NCBI GenBank assembly: GCA_013150955.1
Contig: JAADJD010000005.1
Coordinates: forward strand, 31,096 to 95,095
From: Calditrichota bacterium
GTDB taxonomy: Bacteria > Calditrichota > Calditrichia > RBG-13-44-9 > J042
Direction of reading: 5' to 3'
DNA length: 64,000 nt
Shown piece after piece: positions 51,659 to 62,480 of the stretch (its first letter is position 1; each line of letters opens with the position of its first letter). The notes beneath the pieces were generated by a model that was not told the origin of the DNA, made no database searches, and worked only from the letters and a program-made list of their open reading frames with translations. The translations under genes and the position numbers were made by a program.

Positions 51659-53413
51659 TTACCGCTCCTTTTCCAGCTGTTCGATGAATTGCCGGACGCG
51701 TTCCTGCAGCTGGCGGTAATCGGTGTGTTGGGTCTCCACCTCGATGATGCAGGAATTCTTGCTTTGCAGCGCATCGGTGTATGCCTGTTCAAATGCGGCC
51801 GGGGTGGTGGGCTTTTGATAGTCCAATCCAAAGAATTCGGCCAGTTTTTGAAAGGTTAATTCATGGGGCGTCAGGAAAAAGCGTTCGAACACATCCGGGA
51901 ACTGTGCAATGGGCAGGAATTGAAAGATCCCCCCACCGTGATTGTTGATAACGACCAAGATGATCGGATGGGGGAGGCGAACCAGCAGGGCTAACGCGTT
52001 CATGTCGTGGATCAGCGCCAGATCTCCCAGAAGGAGCGTAACCGGCCGACGGGCTCCAGCGGCGTATCCCGTGGCGGTGGCGATCAGGCCATCGATGCCA
52101 CTGGCGCCGCGGTTCCCCTCTACGGGCAGGCACTTTCCTGCCGGTGGGGCGAACATGTCCAGGTCGCGGATGGGCATGCTGTTTCCCACGAACAGGGCGT
52201 GTTCCGGGGGAATTCGTTCGGCAATCACACGGGCTACTGCCACTTCGCTCAGGGTGTCGGTCGCAAGGGATTTTTGCAGAAATTGATCAATGGTCTGCGA
52301 ATGGTTTTTCAGCCAATCCAGTATTGGGGACGGCCGTACCGGGATTTCCGTCTGAAACAGCCGGTCAACAAAGAGCTCGATGGAGGCCTGTAGCCGCAGG
52401 GTGATTCGATGGGCAGGATCCTGCCGTTCCGGCCCGGCTGCAACGTGAATGTATTGCTGTGGCGGATATGCCTCCAGCCACTGCAGGAAACGCCTGGAGG
52501 TCACCGGTCGACCAATATGAAGAATGGTGTCGATCCTCAGCTTCCGTTGCAGCGGTCGGGAATGAAGCAGCTGGTCAAAATAAAAGATGATGGGCCATTG
52601 ATTGCCAGCCAGTCGGTAACCGGATCGGATGTCTGCAAAAACCGGCCAGTTCAGGCGCGTGATGAGTTTGCTCAGGGCAGGATTGGGATTGGGATGTCCC
52701 GTCCAGCCCAGCACCACCAGTCCCCGTCGCGCCCGAAGCAAAGCCGTTTTCACCTGCCGAATGTCGTCATCCGACGGCACCGGAGGCGCGGGGCGATAAC
52801 GCGTGTACGGTTGCTCTCCGGTTTCCCACTGCAGAAGGGGACGCAAGTACCGCGCCGGAATTTTCTGAGGTGTGGGAGCCAGAGGTTCCCGAAACATGCA
52901 GTTCAGGTGAACGGGGCCCGGGTGGTGTCCCACCGCACGGTACCAGAGCTGATCCACCGTGGTCAGGACCACCGTTGGAGGAATGTGCAAATCCGGAGCC
53001 GGCAGGTCGAATGACCAGCGAACGTAATGGGAATACAGTCCGGGCTGTAAAATGGTTTGATTGGCCCCGGTTTCCCGAAGCTCCGGAGGACGATCCGCGG
53101 TAAGGACGATGAGGGGAATTCCCTCCTGTGAGGCTTCGATAATGGCCGGCAGGTAGTTGGCCGTTGCGGTGCCGGAGGTGCAAATCAAGGCCGCTGGTTT
53201 GCCGGTCGCCCGCGCGTATCCCAGCGCGTGAAAAGCCGCTCCTCGTTCGTCGTAGGCAATAAGGTGACGTACCCGTGCATTTCGGGCCACTGCCACCGTC
53301 AAAGGAGTGGAACGGGAGCCCGGAGAGATGATGAAATAGTCCACACCCAGACGCCGGAGTTCTTCAACAATCAGACTGCCCCAAATGGTGTTAATGTTTG
53401 CCCGATCAATCAC
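51659..53413 (-). CDS. menD: SEPHCHC synthase
   Basis: SPGSRSTPL, DER.AAF.ALG, TSGTA, TADRP, NRGASGIDG, GDL...HD. Confidence 0.95.
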   Translation of the reverse strand: MIDRANINTIWGSLIVEELRRLGVDYFIISPGSRSTPLTVAVARNARVRHLIAYDERGAAFHALGYARATGKPAALICTSGTATANYLPAIIEASQEGIPLIVLTADRPPELRETGANQTILQPGLYSHYVRWSFDLPAPDLHIPPTVVLTTVDQLWYRAVGHHPGPVHLNCMFREPLAPTPQKIPARYLRPLLQWETGEQPYTRYRPAPPVPSDDDIRQVKTALLRARRGLVVLGWTGHPNPNPALSKLITRLNWPVFADIRSGYRLAGNQWPIIFYFDQLLHSRPLQRKLRIDTILHIGRPVTSRRFLQWLEAYPPQQYIHVAAGPERQDPAHRITLRLQASIELFVDRLFQTEIPVRPSPILDWLKNHSQTIDQFLQKSLATDTLSEVAVARVIAERIPPEHALFVGNSMPIRDLDMFAPPAGKCLPVEGNRGASGIDGLIATATGYAAGARRPVTLLLGDLALIHDMNALALLVRLPHPIILVVINNHGGGIFQFLPIAQFPDVFERFFLTPHELTFQKLAEFFGLDYQKPTTPAAFEQAYTDALQSKNSCIIEVETQHTDYRQLQERVRQFIEQLEKER

Positions 53414-53636
53414 CTCGGCTCCTTTTTCGGTTCCCCGCGAAGGGTTAAAAATAGAGCATGACGGGAAAAATCAAAAGGGTTTTTCCAAAACGGATAGTTT
53501 GCCTGCGCGATCTCTGGTAGTAAGAATACCGGACAATTCTGCCCGTCTCCTGACCGATTCATCCTGTTGGTGGGTGTCTACCTTGGGGAAAATCATTTGC
53601 GGGATACTTCCCGGGGGAAAGAACACCGGGCCGCGG

Positions 53637-55055
53637 TTACTGTTTCCCGTTCATCCGCTGGACGATGGTCAGGAAATTGCTGATCTTGTTTTCGATTTCC
53701 TCCCATTCGTTCTCTGCGGTGGAGCCCTCAACGATTCCCGCCCCGGAGTACAGGTGCAGCCGGTGATCTTCGATGAGGCCCGTCCGGATGGCCACCGCAA
53801 ATTCCGCTTCGTTCTGGCTGATCCATCCCACGGGTGCGGCGTACCAGCCGCGCTGGAAGGGCTCCAGATTTTCAATTTCCATTTCTGAGTTCAGGGTGGG
53901 ATATCCTCCCACAGCGGGTGTGGGATGCAACCGGGAAATGATCTGGGCATCGGATACGTCGGGACGCAATTGACCGCGCAGTTTTTTGCACAGGTGTTGC
54001 ACCCGGGTAAGTTTTAAGATGGAGATTTCGGGATCTACCTCATACCTTTCGCAGACGCTGGACAGCACCTCCTTAATGCTTTGTACCACGTAGTCGTGTT
54101 CCCGTAAGTCTTTGGAGGAGTTGAGGAGGGTTTCGGCCAGTTGGCGGTCTTCGGCTTCGGTGGTGCCCCGGGGACGGGTTCCGGCGACTGCTTCGGTTTC
54201 GATGATGCGTCCCACCCGGCGGTAGAGCCGTTCCGGTGAAGCACCCAGGAAGGCCGATCCCGATACCGGTTGCAGGCAGAAGTGGTACGTTTCCGGCGAG
54301 GCCTGCGACAGGCGTTTGAGGATTTCCAGCGGGTGCAGATCCTCTTCGAACTCGAAAGTCGAGCGTCTGGCGAGCACAATCTTCTCAAAGCTGCCGGAAC
54401 GAATCTTCTGCAGGGCCCGGGCAATCATTCGATTCCACCCCTCGTAACCGGGAGCATCCAGCCGGCGCCGGTAGCGGGGGACGGTGAAATCGATGTCGCT
54501 GTCGTTCCACACCACCGTTTCCAGAAAATCCAGCAGCTTTTCGATTTGTAGCGGCAGCGGCTCGCCGGGATGCAATTTTAGATTTAATGCCAGAAAATAT
54601 TGATCGTTTTCCCGGAAAACCTCCAGCTGCGGCAGTACAAACCAGTAGGCGCCAAAATCTGCCCAGAAAGGATCTTCGTTCAGGCGGGGGCTGAATTGAA
54701 ATCCTCCCACATAGCGCATGCGGGGAAATTCCGCATCAAAGTGAGATTGAATTTGACGAAAAATGTGGGTGAAGCCTTCTCGAATGCGCCCCTGAATCAC
54801 ATCGGCCTGGCCAATGCCGGCCAGCTCAAATTGACCATCGCGATTACCCCAGTAGATGCAGGTGGACTGCCGTTGGTGCATGAGCCAGTTCAGCGGCTGC
54901 AGCGGTTCCAGCGGTAGCGTCACGCGATGAATGATGGGGCGGGTGATGTGTGTGGTTTGTCGCGAAAGTTGTTCCAGAAAGGTTTGAACCCGATGCTGCA
55001 GGACTTCCGTTGCCAGTGGCAGACGAATCCGAGACTCCTGTTTAGTTCCTATCAT
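53637..55055 (-). CDS. menF: Isochorismate synthase
   Basis: KIVLARR, GASPERL, AVAGT..RG, LHPTPAVGG, GAGIV.GS. Confidence 0.92.
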   Translation of the reverse strand: MIGTKQESRIRLPLATEVLQHRVQTFLEQLSRQTTHITRPIIHRVTLPLEPLQPLNWLMHQRQSTCIYWGNRDGQFELAGIGQADVIQGRIREGFTHIFRQIQSHFDAEFPRMRYVGGFQFSPRLNEDPFWADFGAYWFVLPQLEVFRENDQYFLALNLKLHPGEPLPLQIEKLLDFLETVVWNDSDIDFTVPRYRRRLDAPGYEGWNRMIARALQKIRSGSFEKIVLARRSTFEFEEDLHPLEILKRLSQASPETYHFCLQPVSGSAFLGASPERLYRRVGRIIETEAVAGTRPRGTTEAEDRQLAETLLNSSKDLREHDYVVQSIKEVLSSVCERYEVDPEISILKLTRVQHLCKKLRGQLRPDVSDAQIISRLHPTPAVGGYPTLNSEMEIENLEPFQRGWYAAPVGWISQNEAEFAVAIRTGLIEDHRLHLYSGAGIVEGSTAENEWEEIENKISNFLTIVQRMNGKQ

Positions 55056-55685
55056 GCCCTTTACCGTTTGTTTTCTCCCGTGCCGTTATGTATGCTTCCT
55101 CATCCATCAAACCGGAATAATGTGGATGCTCTCGTTTCACGCCTCCTGACTCAAAATCGGTGCTGCCGTAATTAAAAGATTGAAATATTAATGAACGCTT
55201 TAATTCCCCTCGTATTTTCGGGAAGTCCAACCGCTCCATCGAACGCTTCTGTCCTTTCTTTTTTGAATAAATCGGTGAGGAATCCCACCGTTGATCCCTC
55301 CCCATACGGTTTTATCCGGCAATCTCTTACCCGGTGCATCCGTTGGAGGAGCGGGACGTTCATTTTATTTCTCATCATGACCAATTTTTCAGTGTCCCGA
55401 ATATGGTTTTGCGACGAATCCTGCTTTTCCTTCATCCATGTGAGTTGCCGGCTGTCTTTACCCGGCATCATCTGTCCGTTCCACCCAATCGAATCCACGT
55501 AAGGTAGACGCATCTTTGAATGTGTCCTTACATTCAGTTGATTTCATTCACCTGTGATGCCTGAAATGCCCGCATTTTCACCGTCGTTAAAACATCCCAC
55601 GCACATTCTGATCCGCCAGTGTGACTGAATTGGAAAATTTGAATATCCATTCGTACAGGTTCTTTTCAGATTGCAACATTTGCGA

Positions 55686-56444
55686 TCACATCAACTTGTC
55701 GCCATAGTAAATGGTGGCCACACCAAAGGTTAAGGATTTGTAGCCAACGCGACTGAATCCCGCCTCGGTCATCAATTGCGCAAACGACTCTCCGTAGGGA
55801 AAGGATTCGACCGTTTTGTTTAAATATTGATAAGCGTAGTGATCTCCAGAAATCCATCCCCCGATTCGCGGCAAAATATTCCGAAAATAAAACAGATATG
55901 CGTTCCGGACGATGGGTGATCGGGGCAGGGAGAATTCCAGTACCAGCGCACGCCCTCCAGGCTTCAAGACCCGGTACATTTCCCTCAGGCTCTGGGGGAC
56001 ATTTTCCACGTTCCGGATCCCAAACGCAATGGTCACCACGTGAAATTGATTGTCCGGAAACGGAATCCGGGTCGCATCTCCCACCTTCAATTCCACCACC
56101 TGATCCAGTTGATGTTCACGGATTTTTTGCTGGCCGATCTCCAGCATCCGTTCAGCAAGATCGATACCCACGGCCCGGAAAACCCGTGCACTTTTTTGAA
56201 ACAGATAAATGATGACGTCGGCCGTTCCGGTGGCCAGATCCAGCACCTCCAGGCATTCCCCCTCCGGAAGAAAGCGGGCCAGTTTTTTCCGCCAGACCAC
56301 ATCCTGACCAAAGGAAAGCAAGCGGTTGAGTAGATCGTAGCGCTGGGCAATGCGGTCGAACATGCGCCACAATTCGTTCCGGGGGACTTCCGGTGTGGGG
56401 GAGGGTGAATATACCGATTGATCTAATTTTTCCATGGTTGCCAT
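55686..56444 (-). CDS. menG: Demethylmenaquinone methyltransferase
   Basis: MFDRIA.RYDLLN..LSFG, LDLATGT, AFGIRNV, RVLKPGG; start uncertain. Confidence 0.92.
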   Translation of the reverse strand: MATMEKLDQSVYSPSPTPEVPRNELWRMFDRIAQRYDLLNRLLSFGQDVVWRKKLARFLPEGECLEVLDLATGTADVIIYLFQKSARVFRAVGIDLAERMLEIGQQKIREHQLDQVVELKVGDATRIPFPDNQFHVVTIAFGIRNVENVPQSLREMYRVLKPGGRALVLEFSLPRSPIVRNAYLFYFRNILPRIGGWISGDHYAYQYLNKTVESFPYGESFAQLMTEAGFSRVGYKSLTFGVATIYYGDKLM

Positions 56445-56708
56445 CTGTTGATCACCACCGTATGGCTTCGTCACCAAAATGCCCGGTTGTCAAACATCCC
56501 GTGCAATGTTCCGTTCCTTCACAAAGGACAAAATTTATGGAATTTAAAGCAATTCATCAAATGAATTATTTTTAAATCCGGGAACCTGAAAAAATAGGGC
56601 GTTGTAAATAAAAATTTATTTGATTGGGAAAATGATTTTCCTTACAAAAGGGGCGAATGGGAATCGGTTACCCGCTGATGCCCAACTTGCTGAATTCAAG
56701 TTGTATTA

Positions 56709-57045
56709 ACCCGGATTATGCCTTCGCCTACGAATGACACGGATGAACACCAATAGAAATAATAAACCCAAATAATGCATTAAACCGCGAATCACACGAA
56801 TGAAGCCAGAAAATTTTTGCAAAATCGCGAATAAACCCTGGAACACATTTTCATCCAGATATCATCCAGTGGATTTTATTGTCTATATTCGTTTTAATTC
56901 GTGTCATTCGTAGGCTATTACCTAAACCGGGATAAAATGCACTGGATTCCATCGGAATGAAAATGTTTTCCCGGAAATATTCGCTATTTTGTTGATTCTT
57001 TTCGAATGCATTCGCGTGATTCGTGGGTTAACGCTTTATTTGGGA
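56709..57045 (+). mobile_element. 167-bp element (TTA TSD) interrupted by an inverted 167-bp copy at 56766-56932 (TAA TSD)
   Basis: 337 bp minus 167 bp insert minus 3 bp TSD equals 167 bp. Confidence 0.88.
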
Positions 57046-57489
57046 TTAAGAATTTCTCCAGAAGACAATGCTGCTGGTAAGTAGCGCCACTGCCAGACTG
57101 TAATCCAGTGCCGAGACGCCCATCAGGAAATGAAGATCGCCTTCTGCCATGCGGGAAAGCGAGACACCCAGGGTAATCATGGCCGCCAGTTCAAAATAGA
57201 AGCGAGTGCGGTATGCCTGCCAGAAGCGTGGCCGCGACAGTTGATCGATGCGGGCCAGATTTTTACGGCAAACCGGCATAAATAAAAAGCGCGATTTAAT
57301 CAGCCCGACCAGTATCCCAATTCCGATGGCAAGGGCCGGCACCTTCCAGTGGGGCTGGATGGCGTACGCCTGAAAAAGCAAATCGGTGGCCTTCAGAAGT
57401 AGCACAATGCCACCAATGTACCAGACCACCGCAGCCAGAATTTTTAATGTATTTTTAGAGACCATCATGACGTTCTTCCCATTTTTCAT
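57046..57489 (-). CDS. Hypothetical membrane protein (about 4 TM)
   Basis: Four hydrophobic segments; its stop codon is the right TSD of the adjacent element. Confidence 0.7.
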   Translation of the reverse strand: MKNGKNVMMVSKNTLKILAAVVWYIGGIVLLLKATDLLFQAYAIQPHWKVPALAIGIGILVGLIKSRFLFMPVCRKNLARIDQLSRPRFWQAYRTRFYFELAAMITLGVSLSRMAEGDLHFLMGVSALDYSLAVALLTSSIVFWRNS

Positions 57490-57661
57490 TCCGTCAGAGC
57501 AAATCGAGTCCCATCTAAAAGAGGCAAAATATGATAAAAAAGCCTTCCGCAGACAACTGAATTCTCACTTCTGTGGATGATTCGGAAGGGCTCAATTTTC
57601 TGCGGAAACCATCGATCCTGTTAAATGAAGCAAAAACAGGGATTCCGTTTAAGAAGCAACG

Positions 57662-58861
57662 ATGGTCAAAGAGAGCGAAACCTATCGGCTGGGCACGGCA
57701 TTGTTCGGGTATTTTATTATTGTTACCCTGATTATGACGCTACTTCCGTTCCGATTTCACCTGCCCACCCGGATCGAAATTCTTTTCCACACCAATGTGC
57801 GGGATTTTCTGCTGAATGTGTTCCTGTTTGTGCCCCTTGGATTTTTGTATCAGTTGAGCCGCCCCAAAAACGCTCCCCTGCGAACGGGAGATGTGTTGCT
57901 GTTTGGTCTGGCACTCAGTGCCGCCATCGAGATGGCCCAGCTGTTTTTAGCCGGCCGGTACACCAGCGTGATTGATGTGGTTACCAACGGTGCTGGAGCC
58001 TGGCTGGGGGCATGGGTGTATCGATTTCTCCGGCAGCATCTTCGGCAGCAGGCAGTGGGATTGATGGCCCTGGAGTTGCCGCTGGTGAGCCTGGTCTATT
58101 TGCTTATCCCGCTGCAATGGTTAAGTGGCATGGCCACCGGCAGGGAATTGAATCGCCTGTGGTTGCTCCTGCTGAACGGTTTTATTGGTGCCAGAGTGTT
58201 CGTTGCCATTTATCAGAATCGCCTGAAAGACCTACCTTCCGTAACGCCGGTTGCCGTTACCCTGGCCGCGGTGGTCTGGTTCATTACCGCCAACCTGCCG
58301 GCCCTGCTGAACTTCCCTCTGCGAATCCTGATATTTGCAACGGCCATCGGGGTAATGGTCTACGGACAGGTGCGTCAACCGGTTCGCATCCATCCTGAGG
58401 ATCGCCGCTTCGAAATCCCGACCCTGCGGAAAATCATCCCTCTGTTTGCCCTGTACCTGGTGTTGCTGGTATACTGGCCACCGGTCATTCAAAAATTTCA
58501 ATGGGACTGGATGATACCTGCCGGCCTGTTCAGCGATGATCCACCCATGCCAGTGGTGCTGGGATTTATTGAGTATCTGGCCGCCTGCACATTGATGGGA
58601 TACATGGTAGCGGAATGGCGGGGGCGTTTACACCGGGGAACGGGATGGGCATTCATCCGCCAGTATGTGTTTATTGGACTGGTGGTACTGGCTCTGGAAA
58701 TCCTGCGCGGCCTGCATCCCCAGCATGCGGCCAGTGTGTTGCGCTTTTTCCTGGCTGCTGCGGCCGGAATCTACGGTTCCATTATCTACCGCCTGCAGGT
58801 AAATACCATTCGAAAAATCCTGTCCACGCGGTCTTTTTCTCCTTCCGCAAATTTGCATTAA
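57662..58861 (+). CDS. Polytopic membrane protein with VanZ-like N-terminal domain
   Basis: DFLLNVFLFVPLGF, IEMAQLF..GR.TSVIDVVTN..GA. Confidence 0.8.
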   Translation: MVKESETYRLGTALFGYFIIVTLIMTLLPFRFHLPTRIEILFHTNVRDFLLNVFLFVPLGFLYQLSRPKNAPLRTGDVLLFGLALSAAIEMAQLFLAGRYTSVIDVVTNGAGAWLGAWVYRFLRQHLRQQAVGLMALELPLVSLVYLLIPLQWLSGMATGRELNRLWLLLLNGFIGARVFVAIYQNRLKDLPSVTPVAVTLAAVVWFITANLPALLNFPLRILIFATAIGVMVYGQVRQPVRIHPEDRRFEIPTLRKIIPLFALYLVLLVYWPPVIQKFQWDWMIPAGLFSDDPPMPVVLGFIEYLAACTLMGYMVAEWRGRLHRGTGWAFIRQYVFIGLVVLALEILRGLHPQHAASVLRFFLAAAAGIYGSIIYRLQVNTIRKILSTRSFSPSANLH

Positions 58862-59413
58862 ACCCGGATTATGCAGTAGCCTGCGAATGACACGAATTCG
58901 CGCGAACAAAAATAATTCACCCCAAATTATGCGATAGCCTACGAATTACACGAATTAACACCAAAAAAAATAATAAAATACACTTGATTCTATCTGGATG
59001 AAAATGTTCTCTTGGATATATTCGCTATTTTGTTGATTTTATTCGAATTCATTCGCATGATTCGTGGTTTAACGCTTTATTTGAGTTCAATTTTATCGGC
59101 ATGAAAATAGGTTCCGGAGTTTATCCCAGATTATGTATTAAACCACGAATTGCACGAATGAACACAAATAAAATTAATAAAATAAATTGGGTAGTATCTG
59201 GATGAAAAATGGTTTTCGTGATTTATTCGCTATTTTGTGGATGTGTTTTGGTTTCATTCGTGTGATTCGCGGTTAAATGCATTTTTGGGATTTATTGTTT
59301 TTGGTTCCATTCGCCTGATTCGCGGTTTAAAGCGTTATTTGGGATTATTCGCGATTGGGTTGATATTTTTGGGATGGATTCACGCGATTTGTGGTTTCGT
59401 GCGTAATTTGGGT
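58862..59413 (+). mobile_element. Nested MITE stack: host (TAA TSD) with inserts at 58920-59086 (TCA TSD) and 59124-59344 (TTA TSD)
   Basis: Both inserts contain a 167-bp copy; host halves rejoin across the TSDs. Confidence 0.8.
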
Positions 59414-59488
59414 TAAAGGTTACCCTTTTCCGATCGAACATGGTTCATGTCCTCAAATAAACAAGAAGGTCAGGGATAATTACCGATC

Positions 59489-60358
59489 ATGAATTCCTAT
59501 AAATGGATCATGCGGATTTTGTACGGGGTGACCCTTTTATTGTACCTTTATTTTCTGGTGGATGGTTGGGCCTTTTACACAACCCCGTATGCGGAACGGC
59601 CATTTCACGAACAGTACCGCTATCTCAGGCCAGCGGGATTTCAGGGACATGGGTTTGGCATTGTTGGCAGCGCTATGATGATTTTTATGCTGTTGTATTC
59701 GGCACGGAAACGCTGGCGGTTTATGCGCCACTGGGGCCTGTTACGCCACTGGCTGGATGTGCACATTTATTTTGGTATCTTCGGGCCCCTGTTTGTCATT
59801 CTACACTCGGCATTTAAGGTGCAGGGATTGATCGCCGTAAGCTTCTGGTCGATGATTCTGGTGATGTGCAGCGGTATTCTGGGACGCTACCTGTATTTGA
59901 AAATTCCCAGAGACGTTACCGGGGAGGAACTCAGCCTGAGACAATTGCAGGAACAGGAAAAGGAACTGGTACAGGCACTGGCAGAACGCTACCGGCTGGA
60001 TACGTCCGTTCAGGAGCGGATTCAGGCACTGGCCGATATGCGCCGGCTGGAGAGTCTGCCACTGCTCATTTTGTTGTTTACCCTTTTCTTTCAGGATATC
60101 GTGCGTCCATTCCGCATGCGCCGGTTTCGCCAAATGCTGCGCCGACAATCGGGGTTGTCCGCAAAAGAGGCAAAGACCATGTCGCAATTAGTGCAACAAA
60201 AAATTACCCTGCATCAAAAGGTGGTATTGATCAATAAAATACATCGCCTGTTTCATTACTGGCATGTTTTTCATAAGCCCTTTGCGATTATCATGTATTT
60301 GATTATGTTCGTTCATGTGGGCATATCGGTCTGGCTGGGTTACACCTGGATTTTTTAA
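59489..60358 (+). CDS. His-rich integral membrane protein, probable heme b quinol/quinone oxidoreductase
   Basis: TM helices with WLDVHIYFG, VILHS, YWHVFHKP, MFVHV; lies directly upstream of multiheme cytochromes. Confidence 0.65.
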   Translation: MNSYKWIMRILYGVTLLLYLYFLVDGWAFYTTPYAERPFHEQYRYLRPAGFQGHGFGIVGSAMMIFMLLYSARKRWRFMRHWGLLRHWLDVHIYFGIFGPLFVILHSAFKVQGLIAVSFWSMILVMCSGILGRYLYLKIPRDVTGEELSLRQLQEQEKELVQALAERYRLDTSVQERIQALADMRRLESLPLLILLFTLFFQDIVRPFRMRRFRQMLRRQSGLSAKEAKTMSQLVQQKITLHQKVVLINKIHRLFHYWHVFHKPFAIIMYLIMFVHVGISVWLGYTWIF

Positions 60359-60368
60359 GGTCAGGGTC

Positions 60369-62090
60369 ATGATGAACTCCATTTGGTACTTCTGGATTGG
60401 CCTTGTGGGAATGTTGCTATACGGTAGTGTTCCCGCATGGGGACAGCTATCTCCAGGAAAACTCAGCCGGGTGCATCAGCAACTGGAAGGACTCAGGAAT
60501 TGTACCCGCTGCCACGAAGTTGGTAAAAAGCTCAGTCCCCAAAAATGCCTGGATTGCCATCGATTGCTCCGCCAGCGGATTGAAGCTGGAAAAGGCCTGC
60601 ACGCCCATCCCGAATATCGCTCGTGTGAACGATGCCACGTGGATCACCAGGGATTGGATTTTCCCCTGATTCACTGGAAGGACGGGATGGAACGATTGGA
60701 TCATACGTTAACGGGGTTTCCGCTGGAGGGCAAACATGCCCGCCTGAAATGTCGGGAATGCCACCAACCCAAATACATTCAGAATCCTGAAATATTTGAA
60801 CAGGCGGGGAAAGATTTACGCCGAACGTTTCTGGGACTGACAGCCGACTGTTCCCAATGTCACACCGATGTCCATCGGGGAGAGCTGGGGAACGATTGTT
60901 CCCGCTGCCACGATCCACGCGCCTGGTCGCCGGCACCGGGATTCGACCATCAGCAGACGCGCTTTCCACTAACGGGAAAGCATCAGCAGGTGGACTGTGC
61001 CCGCTGTCATCCCACAGAGGAAGCCGAGCCATCTTTGACATCCGGGAAATATCGGAAATTTGTGGGATTGGCATTTGCCAGTTGTGGCGATTGCCATCGG
61101 GATGTGCACCGGGGGAAGCTGGGCAGCCAGTGCGCATCCTGCCATTCCACCCGTGGGTGGAATCAGGTTGCCCTGGCCCGGTTTGATCACGACCAAACGG
61201 GATTTCCGTTAAAAGGCAAACACCGTGAGTTGTCCTGCCAGCAGTGCCATCCGCCGGGGAAATCGTTTGCGGGATTGCCCCATCAATTTTGCGCGGACTG
61301 TCATGACAATCCCCACCGCGGGGAGATGTCGCCAACCCGGTTGCGCTGGGACTGTTCCCGCTGCCATACGGAATCGTCCTTTCAAACCAGCCAGTTCAGC
61401 GTAGAGGATCATCAGGCTACCCGTTTCCCCCTGGAAGGGGCCCATCTGGCCGTTCCCTGCCGGGTCTGTCACTCGCTGGTGGAACGGGAGAATCGCCGGC
61501 AAACGGTGCAATTCCGGTTTGAACCGCTGGATTGCCAGGGCTGTCACTCCCATCCGCATGGACAAACCATTCCCGCCCGTTTCCAGGGGAAGGATTGTAA
61601 GGCCTGTCACGGTGTGGTGGACTGGCACGTGACGACATTTGACCATGCGAAAACCAATTTTCCACTGGAGGGACGGCATCAATCGGTTCCCTGTGGTGCC
61701 TGTCATCGGAGCCTCATGTCAGAAGATGGGCGCGGACACGTCCCGCTGGCGGGGATTTCGTCACGGTGCCAGGATTGCCATCCCGATGTGCATCAACGCC
61801 AGTTTGCCGAGCGCGCGATTAACGAGAAGGAAGGTGCCTTGCAGACCGATTGTCGTCGCTGCCACACACCGGAAGACTGGACGGCGCGCCTGTTCGATCA
61901 CAATCGGGATTCGCGATTTCCTCTGGAAGGTGCGCACCTGCGGGTGGCGTGTCAGGCCTGTCATCCTCAGGAGCGGGAAGGTAACGTGATTTTCACGCGC
62001 TATCGACCAATGGACGTGGCCTGCCGTGCCTGTCACGGATCATCACTAAACAAAGAAGCGCAGGAATCAACCGGGAAGGGAAGTTCATGA
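60369..62090 (+). CDS. Multiheme c-type cytochrome, 20 CxxCH
   Basis: Signal peptide; 20 CxxCH motifs counted; six DH...(T/S).FPL.G.H repeats. Confidence 0.92.
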   Translation: MMNSIWYFWIGLVGMLLYGSVPAWGQLSPGKLSRVHQQLEGLRNCTRCHEVGKKLSPQKCLDCHRLLRQRIEAGKGLHAHPEYRSCERCHVDHQGLDFPLIHWKDGMERLDHTLTGFPLEGKHARLKCRECHQPKYIQNPEIFEQAGKDLRRTFLGLTADCSQCHTDVHRGELGNDCSRCHDPRAWSPAPGFDHQQTRFPLTGKHQQVDCARCHPTEEAEPSLTSGKYRKFVGLAFASCGDCHRDVHRGKLGSQCASCHSTRGWNQVALARFDHDQTGFPLKGKHRELSCQQCHPPGKSFAGLPHQFCADCHDNPHRGEMSPTRLRWDCSRCHTESSFQTSQFSVEDHQATRFPLEGAHLAVPCRVCHSLVERENRRQTVQFRFEPLDCQGCHSHPHGQTIPARFQGKDCKACHGVVDWHVTTFDHAKTNFPLEGRHQSVPCGACHRSLMSEDGRGHVPLAGISSRCQDCHPDVHQRQFAERAINEKEGALQTDCRRCHTPEDWTARLFDHNRDSRFPLEGAHLRVACQACHPQEREGNVIFTRYRPMDVACRACHGSSLNKEAQESTGKGSS

Positions 62091-62150
62091 TCCAAAAACG
62101 AGGTTGCCCGGATTTTGTTTCCGTTGGTGACGAAAGCATCGATCATTTTA

Positions 62151-62317
62151 ACCCAGATTATGCAATAGCCTACGAATTACACGAATTAAAACGAATAAAA
62201 ATAATAAAATCCATTTGATGATATCTGGATGAAAATGTGTTTTGTGTTTTATTCACGATTTTGCAGATATTTTTTGGTTTCATTCGTGTGATTCGCGGTT
62301 TAATGCATTATTTGGGT
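62151..62317 (+). mobile_element. 167-bp MITE-like element (cleanest copy)
   Basis: TTA-[ACCCAGATTATGCAATAG...TTAATGCATTATTTGGGT]-TTA with ~40-bp imperfect TIRs. Confidence 0.88.
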
Positions 62318-62480
62318 TTAAATAAGATCTGAATTTTTTGAGGAAAATATGTGGGTGAGCAAAACTCCATGATAGCAAACAGGAAATTTTTCTGAAGGGA
62401 TTCTTATTGAGGAAAATTACCGGATTAAACCGTCGTTCAGTTAAACGGTTTCGGAGCGTATTCACAAAAAGGGACAGGAC

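Noticed and set aside
55172..55513. 113-aa and 103-aa ORFs in the menG-menF gap
   Set aside because: No recognisable domain or clear RBS, and they overlap on opposite strands
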